NCBI GenBank assembly: GCA_965644295.1
Contig: CBFFRP010000415.1
Coordinates: 1-37,208 of the forward strand
Reading direction: 5' to 3'
Source of the DNA: Paraphysomonas bandaiensis
Taxonomy: Eukaryota > Protista > Chrysophyceae
DNA: 37,208 nt
In this document: one piece after another, positions 1-12,187 of the stretch
Numbering within the stretch: position 1 is the first letter of the stretch
Layout: each line of letters opens with the position of its first letter
Notes under the pieces: generated by a model
What the model saw: the letters and a program-made list of their open reading frames with translations, nothing else
Told to the model about the DNA's origin: nothing
Database searches by the model: none
Program-made: the position numbers and the translations under genes

Positions 1-1660
1 AGGCTATCAAGGAGGTTCACAACGCCAAGTAGGACACTGGGGTGCGAAAGAGACGTGGAAGCGTCTGTGTAAGCAATTTCCGGGACACGGCGACTGCCCT
101 TTCAAGAGTGGTTGCAGACTTCGTGGACGAATGTATCAACTGTCAGAAGAATGAGCCAGAGCTGAAGCAGCGATTGATTCCTATCACTAGACATTTAAAA
201 CCGCCTCATTCCAGGAGTGCTGGGAATTGACGCCTGTTATGTACACCTGTTTCTAAATCTGGTTACGCATATTGTGGTCATGGTTAATTTGTTTTTACGA
301 AATTGGTGTACCTATATGCGGTGAAAGGAATGACAGCTATCAATTTAGCTACAGCAGTGTGGAAGTGCTGGTGTACATACGGGCTCACGGATATGATTAT
401 ATCAGATATGGGTCTGAATAAATCAGAACTTTTCACGCAGAACTGGTTAAGTTGTCAGGACTTCGTCATGTTTTTTAGTATTGCCAACAGGCATGTCAAT
501 GGATGTGAGCGTATTATTAAGGAAGTGGTTCGTCAGGATCCGTGCTATTTGTTTATTAGCGAAGCGAGGCTTGTTGCATGTTTTGGAGGTCGAACTGTTA
601 CTTGCCGCTATCATGTTCGTTAGTCTGAATACCCACGAGAGTAGTGAGGGCAGGGTATTCTGCGTTCGGAGCTTGAACGTTTGGGTCCCAAAAAGTTCTA
701 TCTATAAGAATCTTTTGGTTGCCCAGGGAAGGACAATGATCCGTCTCATCCAGCTGTTGAAAAAGGCTGAACGGCTACGTGGACTTCTTGTTCGCCAGAT
801 CTCAGCGAGATTACCAGAAGTCTCTGAGATTGAAAGAAAACGAGCTGAAGCAGGTTTGGATCCTGCCAAACAAGGCCGGTATTGGCGGGGCGACCCACTT
901 TGTCCTATGTTCGACGCTGGTGCTTTAAACCACATCCGAAATTGTCCGATCGAGGATGAAGGGTCCGTTCGAAGTGGTGCGGCAATACAAGAATGATGTT
1001 CAAATTCGAACCTTCTTACCGGGGAATTCAGAGAATATCTGTCTCTGATCTTGACCATTTTTCGGAGATAGGAATCGGCTAGCATGGGAAGCGAACCATG
1101 AACAATTTAAGGTGGAGGAGATTCTTTCGTATTCTGGGAGATTCGCAAAGACCAAATGCGTCCGATGGTCTTCAAGGTGAAAGTATATGCGGATATCGGC
1201 GGGATATCTTGGACATTCCATGGACACCGGATATTCAGTGTGAGGCATATTATGATTTCTGTGAGTCTAGGCCTTACTTGTCTGGCACCTCGCACGCGAC
1301 TCGTTTACTGCGAAGCGTTTTAATTTCTTTCAGTGAAGGAGAAGAATATCACGGCAGTGTCGGTTGGAGGTACTGTTCTATGTTGATCTCAGGTTCTACG
1401 GCGACCTGTGGTGACGACGAGTCTTGGTTTGCCGGATTATGCCGCGGCACGCGTGTGTCGTGGAATTCGTACACCCATTGGTCATCGTGGAATGCAAACG
1501 CAAGATTAGCGCCCGTTTAATCTCAACGGTTCCAGCTACTGCCTTCGACAACTATTTGGTCTATTGTTGGGGGTCCCAGTAGGCGATTTTGACCCGGCTC
1601 GGCCATGATTTTGGTTGATGCGTCGCTCGCCTGCAGCTTATCCAAAAATTGTTCAGGAGT
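1..1660 (+). mobile_element. Degenerate Ty3/Gypsy LTR retrotransposon pol 3' end (integrase plus chromodomain-like region), frameshifted
   Basis: HHCC zinc-binding remnant (KEVHNAK..GHWG...DFVDECINCQK), integrase core fragments (IISD.G; ANRHVNGCERIIKEV), GPF motif (MKGPFEVVRQYKNDV at ~955-1000) and chromodomain-like DIPWTPDIQCEAYYDFC. Many stops and frameshifts. Confidence 0.85.
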
Positions 1661-1674
1661 GTACTTCGGCATCC

Positions 1675-1974
1675 GGGGGGGGGAGAAAGTAGTGTAATGG
1701 GCCGTGGAGCGCGGACGCTTGTAGTAGTTTTATATGATAAGATATATATTGGTATAATAGGCGGTTACAGTGGATGGAAAGGAAGTCGAACAAGTTTTAT
1801 AAGTAGTTGATAGATTGAATTATTAGAGTGATCTAAAGGGAACGAAACAAGACTTACTAACCATCATGGACACGACTTCTGCATTACCTCGAGCTTTTCG
1901 AGGGATTGGTAACTAACAGCGTGATTAGGAGGAGGCAGCTACGGCAGCGATTGGGGTTAGGAAGCGGTGATACA
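1675..1974 (+). repeat. Polypurine tract (1675-1689) and probable 3' LTR (1693-~1974) of the Gypsy element
   Basis: GGGGGGGGGAGAAAG lies 3 nt before TGTAAT at 1693; a candidate end GATACA is at 1974. The right boundary is uncertain and no partner LTR is in the window. Confidence 0.55.
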
Positions 1975-2888
1975 CACATTTCGTGGGCATACATGATTTG
2001 TCCACCCGTTGGTTGCTTTTATATCCATATAGCAGTCGGTAACTTGATTTGAGTTAGAAACATTGATTGTCCGCATGTGCGATATTCGTAGTCCGTTCAT
2101 CATTATGAGAAGCTTCTGATGGTTTGAACAGCTCTATGTGCTTGGTTCATCGTTCGGACTATACTCGATTATTTTCCCATTATCACACACCATCGATTTT
2201 CTGTGGAATGGGAGGTGTGGGGTGCCATCGGGCACAGATGCATAGGCGTTCTAGGCAATGCCGATGGTAAAACTTCCCTATAGTACTTGATGGCTAGGTC
2301 TGTTGTGGCCAGGTTCGCAGGAATGGCGGATGTTTAACGGGCTGAAATGTGATTGCAGTTGTCATGAAACGTGCTTGCAATTTTTGTGGATTCGAAGATT
2401 GTCATTCTTTGGGTGTTTGTGGCTCCGAAAATCGGCGATTTCTCGCAACCCTATAAAGGAAATTGGGGATGTCGCCCCTTGGACTCAAAAATCGGAGGTT
2501 TTTGGAAAAGACCTATTTATCCGGCGTATTTCAGGGGTTTTGACTATGTAACGATGTAGGATATGCACGTGCGACGCGCGCGCGGCACATGCTTGAGCAT
2601 ATTGTACGGTTCGTGGTTGCATTCAATGTGTCTGTGTATGAGAGGAGTCTTTAGACTAGGCGGGTCTGCCTTTCGTTTTGCTTGTAACTTAGTTTTTTAA
2701 TAATAACTCTCTATGAAATTATACGGTATTGGTTGACTGATCTGTCTATTGGGAGCTTTAGATTGCAGGCTACAGGGAGCTTGTGCTTCTGGCTGTTGGT
2801 TTTCTTAAAGAGTTATTATTATGGCTTTCTTGTTTTGTTGTTTCGACAAACAACCATCTCATTGCTATCTTTTCAGTGATCTTAGGTT

Positions 2889-3086
2889 AGTGGTTGCACC
2901 TTGGTGCTTGCTTGCGGCGACGCACAACGCACAAGCAGCTTTCGTAGCGTAACATATAGTAGGATACGAGAATTTGTACTAGTTAGTTACAGGTAGAAGT
3001 CCATCTAGCTTGACTAGTTTTCATCTAGCTACTTGTCTAGTGCAGATTCTTGACGCCTATTGCTAATATTAAGGCTTTCATATATA
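2889..3086 (+). mobile_element. Tail-only copy of the LINE/short-retroposon 3' end
   Basis: AGTGGTTGCACCTTGGTGCTTG...ACGCCTATTGCTAATATTAAGGCTTTCATATATA matches the LINE terminus at ~34400-34583. No clear TSD. Confidence 0.85.
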
Positions 3087-3115
3087 CCTGACATCTGCTG
3101 ACTTCAGGATTTTGA

Positions 3116-3394
3116 GTCCTTAAGGTGAATAGCCCGGATGCTTAACCCTAGGCTGCCCAATACCCCGGATGCCGTTGAAGTGGGCTCATTCCCGGTTCCC
3201 GAATGTCTGTTTATTAGTCAAGTCCCAAACGCGTCGACACAAGTGACACTTATTAGTGTACCTTGTACCACACAAGCTATGGATGGGCAGAAAACTATCT
3301 GCTGACTCTATATATGCTGCTCATGTCTGTTTCCCGGAGAAATATATCCGGTACTTATCCCCCTGAAGAGGTTCGAGTCCGACTTTCTTGAAGG
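3116..3394 (-). mobile_element. Head (5' part) of the short retroposon family, without its own tail
   Basis: Colinear with 25484-25786 and 23915-24226 (CCCGGATGC units, GTGACACTTATTAGTG, CCGGTACTTATCCCCC, GACTTT.TTGA.G). Confidence 0.85.
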
Positions 3395-5958
3395 TACCAC
3401 ATAAAAAAGCAATAATAACAACTAGATCTTATTCGTCATGAAATGTGATAACATAATAGTTAGAAACGAAAAACCTATCATGAATAGACAGGCATCACTT
3501 CCGTTTTTGATGCTATTATATTGTGCGGTAAACATCCTATAGAATACTAATGATTGTATAACTAAAATTATAAATTTGACGTGCATGTTGAAATACGTAT
3601 GTTGTTTCTGTAAGATAGAATTGTATTATATATATGTTAAATGTGATGTGAAAAACCATAATACGTAGACAAAATACTGTATTGGTATAAAACTGTAAAA
3701 TGGAAATATCATGGCGATTCAGATACGGAACTTTATCAGTGGTTGCTATCAGTATGGTGAAATGAGTTTTACATGCTCAATAACACAATTGTGTACGCGA
3801 TAATAATCTATCTAGTCTGACGACTTAACTTCTCTTTAACGACTTCAGAAAAAATGGCCAAAGAAAAAAGTGCATTGTACGCAGTGTCAAATGTTTCCAG
3901 GGGTTTATTTTATTCTTATTTTTATATCGTTCATAAAGCCTTATGTTTGAAAGAGAGTACTGAAAATTCATGGTGCTGCTAGGGTAGTTCCAACTGTATT
4001 TGTGCACGCACTGGCCATAAATCTAGATGCAGATCATGTGTGATAGACAACCAAAATTTGTTCTCACAGAAGATAAAGACCATTCCTTTTTCGTGTTTGT
4101 TCATTTAAATAATTAGAGAAGTACTTTCTTTAAATAATCCGCGGATGTTTTAGTTTATGGAGTAGTACAGATGTTTTTGTGCATCTTCTCTTGTCGCTGG
4201 TAGCTTTCTTGATAGACGATTCCAGAGCTATCGATTCCTCTATTCGAGGTACTCTTTCTAATATTGTTATACTATATACTATATAGAGCAAGAAAACAAA
4301 AAAGTGGTATATATTACTCTGAGGCACGTAAATATTACGTATAGTGCAACTCAGCCTCTTACATAGAAGGAATATGAATAATGATATTATTATCTAATTA
4401 TGAACCATGACTACATTAACGGCTAAAATACAAACAAATTCTAACGATCATATCCACCCAACAAAGGTACACATTCACATATCTATTCTACACTACAACA
4501 TATATATACGTACTATACTACAGCACACAGCACTATAAAATGATGGTTTAGTTCTACATTGCTTTGGTGTCATCGCCTATTTTATTAACATTCTGAGAAG
4601 CTTTAGTTTTATCGTCTGTATCGCTTATTGTCGTCATGTCCACAATTCATCATACGCAGTTATTCAACGTAAAGTTTGCTTAAGTTAAGTGAAATGTAAG
4701 TTCATTTCAATGATTGTTTCAGGCGAGAATTATTCTTATTTTTTGCAAAAACGAACGCCAATCATTTGTCAAAAACAAATAATAGGTATCAACGTTAATT
4801 GAATAAACTCACTAAAATATGGCTGAACAAACTCATAATTATGCGGATTTTCGTTTTAAGTGTGCATAAACCATTGAGACACTTTAAGTTGAATGAGAAC
4901 AATATAACATGACACCGAACTGAAATTTATCGACAACAGTGATAGCTGTGCGTGTTCGCTGCTCTGGATTAAAGTTTTCGTGGCAACGGCTATTGGAGAA
5001 TCCTTTCCATAGCCCATACTGTTATTGAAGAGACTTTTATTATGTAAATCATAAATAACTACGGCGTGTTATTGGCGTCAATCTGGTATTCTTTTAGGCT
5101 ATACGTAGTAAACTAATTCATGAAAGTAATTAGCGAAAGTAATGACTTATATATAGAGAATTACCATATACAAGAAACATGGGCAACAGTCTTGCCTCCA
5201 AGTGTCCCTTTTTCAGCACATCTACTATTCTAATCACAATATGTGGGCCCGAGTGGTTTAAGCTTGAAACAAACGTGGAAGTGATCACATGCTGCAAAAC
5301 ACTTCAACTCCACACGTCTCATGAACAGAAAGGGTGATATAATGGGGACACTGAATCACACACAGGTAACTTCCTCCTACAGTATGTATACAGGTGATCT
5401 CGTATTAATGTACACTGCATGAGCTGACGGCTGCTGTCCATCTATTGGCCAAAGATGCATGATAATTCACCCTACAGTCGAATGACATGCTATTAATTGA
5501 GCGGAAATATTCGTTGAGTTGACGAATAGTGTGATATGTAGATCTAGCGGTCTACGACTGGAAAGATTCTCCCTACCACCCAACTCTCCTCCAAAATGGA
5601 TTACTATGCAGGCCAAATCACTCTGCGAAAAACTCAGGCAACAAATCGTTTCACGAAAAATACCTATATTTTCCACAAAAATAGGGTCTTGAAATATTTG
5701 CAGGTGAGAGGGAGGGTACGTAGGATTCCTAAGCACAGAGTGGAGTACAGTTTGTGTGTAGATGTGTGTATGCATATATGTACTGTTTGTATATGCATTT
5801 GAGTACATATACTGCCTAGCTATAGTATACAGAATATGGACACTGTACAGTAGGCAATAAAAGTTATAGTCAGGAGGTCTGGTAACTAAGAAAAGACCAC
5901 CTTTGCTGTAGAACTTATCAATACACAGGTGCACGGCCACTCTGCCCTCCATTAAATC

Positions 5959-6957
5959 ATGGGGAGGTTAAATAATATCATTAAATGGCTGGTTATGAAT
6001 GTAAACTTCTTATTTGGTGTAATGGCTGTGGTAGCCATTGTTCTTTCTGTTGTGGTGCTTGTTTCTGATTGGGGAGATCTTGATCGAGCATTCTTCATCG
6101 GGTGGTGCGTTGTGATCATGTTATTCAGCTTTCTGGTGATAATGATAGCGTTATTGGGATGTATGGGAGTCACTCATCAAACTAAAAGAGATGGTATGTA
6201 CTTATGCATACTTATGATGTGTGTAATACGTCAATAGGCTGTTGGACAGGGCGACGAATTCTGGCCTTGTATCAGTTACTCCTAGCCGCAACCATCATAG
6301 GAGACATCTGGCTAGTGACAAAATTGTTGATAGCAACTCGAGCTATGGAGTCTACTCGAGATGATTTGGACAACGGGGACGACGTGGTGGGGTATGATTC
6401 ATTCGAAAACACTCTCGCAGAAAAATTTAACGAGTTCTTCTTTTCAGCGACTCTGACATGTACAGGTAACCATTACATTGTCTCTCAGATTTTTCTAACC
6501 GTTCCTAGATTCCAAATACACATTCTTTTGGAGCTGGGTGAATGATCATTGTCCGGAGGAGATGAGCCAGGAAAACTGTATGGGTTGTGATGACTACAGT
6601 ATCACATATTGCCCTGCGGACGAGAATTCATGTTATTCAGGTGACGGGGAAGAGAACAACGACACTTGCGCGTATGAGCTTTGTAGGACCGGGGTACTCA
6701 GTTATCTTATATCGTACTTCAGGTTCGATTAATATAAAATCATTATTATAAGGATAATATGTTTTATTACGTACAGACCAATGGCCAACGGAATTCTTTT
6801 TTTCACCGCATTTCAGTTCTTTCTTATGCTGCTGAGCTGTATGCTCATCTGCTTCACGGAACAGGACAACGTCGAGACCATGCTTGTCAAGTCTGGTACA
6901 ATATCTGATAACAAAAGACAGAAAAAGAAGCGGCCCGAGGTGCAGAGAGAAGTATAA
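5959..6957 (+). CDS. Tetraspanin-like four-TM protein, 4 exons (5959-6193, 6238-6465, 6509-6722, 6777-6957)
   Basis: GT-AG introns of 44, 43 and 54 nt give one open frame ending in TAA. Three N-terminal TM helices (with ALLGCMG), a large 8-Cys loop, a fourth TM and a basic tail. Confidence 0.8.
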
Positions 6958-7655
6958 TAGCTGCACCAATATGTTGGTAATATCCCTGTTATATCTTATC
7001 GATTGGTGGTACTGCCAGTCGTGTTTTAATGTAATTAAGAAAATTAGAATACTATGCGACTTTCAAGTAAATATTTTTTGTCTTTTTGACGTAGCACTAA
7101 CATGTGTAATAGGAAAGAAATTTCATTGATCATGTAATAGCCAATCATTTTAGTTTCCATTTATCGGCATAATTTCGAGTTTCAGTAAGAGTTTGCAACC
7201 GGAAACACTTAGTAGGTCTTGTTTCACACAGGCAGTCGACATAATTGGCCTGGTATAAGAGAAATGTAATTGATTTTGGACTAGCGTGGCCGTCATCTTG
7301 GGAATGATACTGATACTGAGAAACATGGTGAGCACAGTGGCTATGATTCTAGGAAGTCATGATTTTGTACATTGTCCAAGGTTACAATAAGTACTGGAAT
7401 TTTGTTGGTGTAGTGCACTTTTTATAAACTACATACTGCATTTATGATACTAGTTTATTGATGGTAATATATGCAATATATTGTAATGGTATTGTGGTCA
7501 GTGCCCCCATGATATTGCTTCCCAGCGCTACATAAGACTATTACATTCTACTCTACCAGACACCTTTTCCTAGCAGTTGTTCCGGTGTCTTCGAAGTAGT
7601 ATTTTTTAAATAGTTCATTTTATCAAACTCATGGCCCATTTAACCAGCTAGTTGC

Positions 7656-8683
7656 CTATGTCATCGGCTTCTGTATAGCGGCCATATACATAGTGCCATC
7701 AACAAAATTCCAAGTGACATTGTACGAGGAACTTATTTCTCGCACAGCGCGTCGAACCTCTCGGCGGATATTCATTTTGGACAATTTTTCTACATCGTCA
7801 TCCGGAAAAACGTCATGGATAAGCATCCACCCACCTGGAACTAGGATTCTCATACCTTCGTGCATATCATTCAGACTCCCTACAATAGATGTTATCTGAG
7901 AATTCAATGTGAGCATCGGCAGCAGCAGTGCACGCCACCGGCTAACTAAGTACCTTGGTAGCTATGATCTCCATCAACAAACATCACGTGTACAGAGTTG
8001 CTGGGGTGAATGCGCAATGTACGGTTGGATGGGCCTGCTCAATTCGTTTAGAAACACATTACTTTCATCTTATTATTGTCATCACCTGAAATGGGGATTA
8101 CATTATGCTGCATTCCATTACGCTGTACGTGAGAGTAAAATTTCTGAAGCTTTGTTTCACCACCATCCAGGTCCCTCTGATACTCCCACATTGACCTATT
8201 CCCGACCATTGATATTCCTTCGTTGACCTCATCAAATACATCGTGAGCATATAAGAGACCTGCATGAGAGGCACCGTTGTTAACGACCGCAGTATAGGCA
8301 ACATGCACAGAGAGTCCATGGAAACTCCCTGTCTCCACATAAATAAACTGCTGTGAGCTATTTTCTGCGTATGTGTTGATTCTCCACGAGTCAATGGTTG
8401 TTGACACCACATAATAAATGGCCGCACAATCGCCATCAGTCAACATTCCTGCTACACCTGCATACCCAGACATCCCATCGGGAAGAAGAGTACATAAACT
8501 CATCCCCAAGTTATAGGCTTCGATTCTATTGCTCGGTATCATAAATGGCAACCCTTCCAACTCTGTTTCTTCTGAACGTGCAAAATTTGATGTTGCCAGA
8601 GACTGATCTGCAATAGAAATCACGCAATGCATCAGACTCATACAGAGCACAAAGAGCCCCGATGCAAAGAATCCCAAGGCCAT
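7656..8683 (-). CDS. Class I SAM-dependent methyltransferase (Methyltransf_24-like) with N-terminal signal/anchor, 3 exons (8683-8086, 8034-7954, 7879-7656)
   Basis: Motif I YVETGSFHGLS, LYAHDVF, spliced MFVDGDHSYQG and ILVPGGWMLIHD. Introns of 51 and 74 nt keep the frame; hydrophobic N-terminus. Confidence 0.85.
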
Positions 8684-9145
8684 ATGTAGATAGAAAATGG
8701 ATATAAGGAATCAACCCCCTGATGTTGTCAGTTGTTGGGGGATGCAACAGGTATGATGACGTTAAGCTAGATCTATCAGGATGGTTTACTGCTATATGTA
8801 ACAGAGTTTTCGCTCGGAAAATGCGAATACCAAATCTGAACTACAGTACATAGACTGTCGACTATTCCGGATTTTCGTATTCTGTGCGGTTGGCCGAACA
8901 AAAAGCGGTGAATTTCCCATCTTTGGGGGGAAAATCAGCAGATCTTATTACGGGTACCAGTATTCGATCTTCCACTAATCCCGTCATCCATTGTACTATG
9001 CTCTCTGGATCAAGGGGTCATATGCAAGGGGCCTCCAGGTCGGCATGTTATTGTATTGTCAATGAACGAGAAATCTTAATACCTCGGGGGGGGGGGGGGT
9101 CCAGCTGGCAAGAAATACTCATCGACGAATGGCCTCAACACCGCA

Positions 9146-9852
9146 CAGGATTAAAAATGTAAAAAAAATGTAACAATTCAATTAATTGGTTTTAATAGTG
9201 ATAATTTCAATTATTATTATTGGTAATTGTTGCCAATTAATTGCAATTAATTGGCTAGCTAAATTATATATAGCATCTTAAGATGTATAGTACTGGGTGC
9301 AGACGCGGACATTGTACCAAATGCAGATTTCGAGATAACAGTAGTCAAAATTTAGCGTGGTAGGGAAGAACTGAACCGCGCTGGAAAAGCACAGGTGCGA
9401 CGCTTTTTGATAAATGATGTACCTGCACACGAAGGTGAACTCGATGAAGAGAAAGATGAGGAGGAGGAAGATGAGGCCATTCGTTTACTTAAAGACAACC
9501 GAAAGCGAAAAAAAATCAGCCATCAAACTGCTAACATGATATCGTTGCATGAAGCATACGTATGGCACTACCAATGTTTGTGAGAGGATGTGTAGCAGAG
9601 CTAAGATTGTTATGACTGATTTCTGCAAGCGAATGACACCTAGACACCTTGGAATGTTGATGCTTTAGCGTAAAAATCGGCATCATTGGGATGAGATTAT
9701 AGTTCAGAAGGTTTTTCTAAAATCTAGCAATAGAATTGAAGGAAATTAATTGGCAATTAAATGCAAATCATTGCCAATAATTTGATGCTTGATAAATAAG
9801 TGCAATTATTATTGTTGGACATCTGTCACCTATTAATTGTTACGCAAGCCTG
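9146..9852 (+). mobile_element. Degenerate non-autonomous hAT remnant
   Basis: Remnant of the hAT C-terminal dimerisation region (RAKIVMTDFCKRMTPRHLGMLML*RKNRHHWD, ~9597-9692), similar to the 29743-29997 ORF. CAATTAATTG-type subterminal repeats; right end AATTGTTACGCAAGCCTG; left end degenerate; no TSD. Confidence 0.6.
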
Positions 9853-12187
9853 CTGGGAAGTATATATATATGAAACAATATTGTTAATATTAAAACAAGT
9901 AAATATGTGAGTTTTTAACGAAACATTTATTAACTTTTATTACTATCAGAGTACATTTCAACAGAAGACAACATATAGGTAGAAATAGCAGTATAAACTT
10001 CTCATTACCAAAAGGCAACTATTCCGTATGAGAGGCCTGTCGTAATTTTAAAAGCTTGTGTGTTAGCTCAATAGCTCGTTTAGCACGAACTGTTCGATCC
10101 TGCATAAGTTGTAGTCGCAACTAATCAGTATCTAGTAGTGAATGTCTTATTATTACCTATATATCTATATCGTCAGAAATTTTGTGTCTGTCTACAAATG
10201 GAACCTGCTGGGAATATAAAGTCGCAACTACTGGAGGTTCATCATGTAACATTTTCGCAGGTAGAAGTGGTTCAGTTAGATTTGGTGCAGGTATTGAAAC
10301 AGATTTCATTCTAAACTCCTTCTGTATAGTCATACACGTCGCCCGTTATTCCTCTAGATATGATTGTATGGTACACCCAATAAAGGGTCACTGGAAGAAT
10401 TAGTGACAGTAGTATCCTGCGTATCCTCAACAACTTGCTCATCCTCAACTTGCTTTTCCAAAATCTGTAAAATACACTAATATTTTGATGAGTCACATTT
10501 TACCTACTTCGTAGCACAAGCTTTACTCTCCTACTTCGATGATCGTGGATTCTACTTGCATTTAGGTTACACGTTTCTCCCACGAGACAAGTTTTTTTCA
10601 GTGCGTACACGGAAGCCGTGCAGCCGACTCTCACGCTTTCACGTGATAGCCAGTACAGTCAAATATAACATCAACATCTGGACTTCCAGCCTTGTCCTGG
10701 TTGGTAACGTTGTGAAGCTCACCCACTTGATCTCATTTTTACGAAACTTCTGTATCAGGCTCCGTGATACGTGACACAGCCTCGTGAAGGGTTGGGCTTT
10801 AGGACGGTTTCAATAGATACTCAGCCACCAAAAATGCACTTCCGCCTACTTCGAATTGGTCCTTTAATACTTGTGTACACCTGATTCGAGCTTTCATGGG
10901 ATTCTTTGTTCTAGAATGAAATCCTCCTAACGGATTATACTCCCGTATGTTTAGGGCAACATACTGATAAAAACATCTGAATAAAGATAATATGATTAGT
11001 CCATTATAACTAATACATCAACCTAATGTTTTACATGTGCAAGTAGTAAATGCAACACATCAGTAACATATACGACAATTAATATACTTATACTTCTCTC
11101 AAAGAACTTATAGTCATTATAAGTTGGAGTTGAGTTAGTAGTTAATCAACCAAAAGTCAACAAATCCTTCATCGCTTCTTCAATGATCCATGCTCTCTAC
11201 ACAATGACGGTCGCACTTCCTTCACAAATCTCCCACAACACCTATTCATTGCATTCATTTAAACTTTTCATTGGACTGTTGTGCCGTGAAGTTCTTCTGT
11301 TCAGAAGGACATGGAAATTCTTATATACGAAGCCTAATCCGAAGATGTAGGAGTAATAATGTTGACGAAAAGGCACAACAATTACAATTTGCGGCTACGT
11401 TATCCTGATCGTTGAAGACGGTAAATCTCGACGATATGGTGATGGTTCCGACGGTGACTTTATATTGATTCATACCTATTGTTACCTCTACATCCTTGCG
11501 TCTCAAGTTGATATCAAGCAGACGACTCTAATTCCCAATCAAAAAGGGGGTACATTGCACTTAAAGTTAACATCATGCTTTGGCTCCCTCAATTTGTACG
11601 ACAGTCAAAAATAATAGGGTGTTAAGAATCTCAACTTGAGATGTAATATCTAAAATATACTCCTGTGGGATTTCACTTTCTGATTACATATTTAGCGTCA
11701 ATGTTGTGATAAACAAATTATCTGTGAAGGTTTCTCTTTGTTCATCACCGTAGCACTACCTTAATTGCATTTGTAACTTCAAAACTTCGAAAACATTGTA
11801 GTAGTATGAATATCGCTTGAAGTGACCTACAAGTTTATAAGTAGTCTGTGCGTTAAGTTTGTGCTATGAAGGAGCTTTATCTCAAATCAGTGTACTTTGT
11901 TTGACGAACACGCATATGATTTATTTAATATTTACTGCGTAATTCTGAATTCGTGAGTAAAATAAACACTTTGTGAAAAATACATATATTCTTAGTAAAA
12001 CGAGGATTTATGACGATAAGCCACACTCCGTGTTCCTAAGAAAACCCATCAAAAGTAAAATGACAACGACACATGCGCACTACTATCCGCTTCAACACAA
12101 AGAGTAGCAATACACATATAAAATTGCTCTCATGCGGACAACTATATCATATTATATTATATTCCACCCACAGCTAAGTGCTATAAT

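Noticed and set aside
3370-3380. GGTTCGAGTCC resembling a Pol III B-box or tRNA T-loop
   Set aside because: It is antisense to the retroposon, the other copies read G(G/A)TGCGA or TGTGCAA, and there is no A-box or cloverleaf.
10133-10157. TAGTAGTGAATGTCTTATTATTA matching the extreme 3' end of the retroposon tail
   Set aside because: Only about 23 nt, AT-rich and without a TSD, so too short to call.
10019-10900. Possible spliced minus-strand gene (ILEKQVEDEQ...MKSVSIPAPNLTEPLLP...)
   Set aside because: Some intron-like segments exist, but I could not build a stop-free model or recognise a family; it may be a pseudogene.
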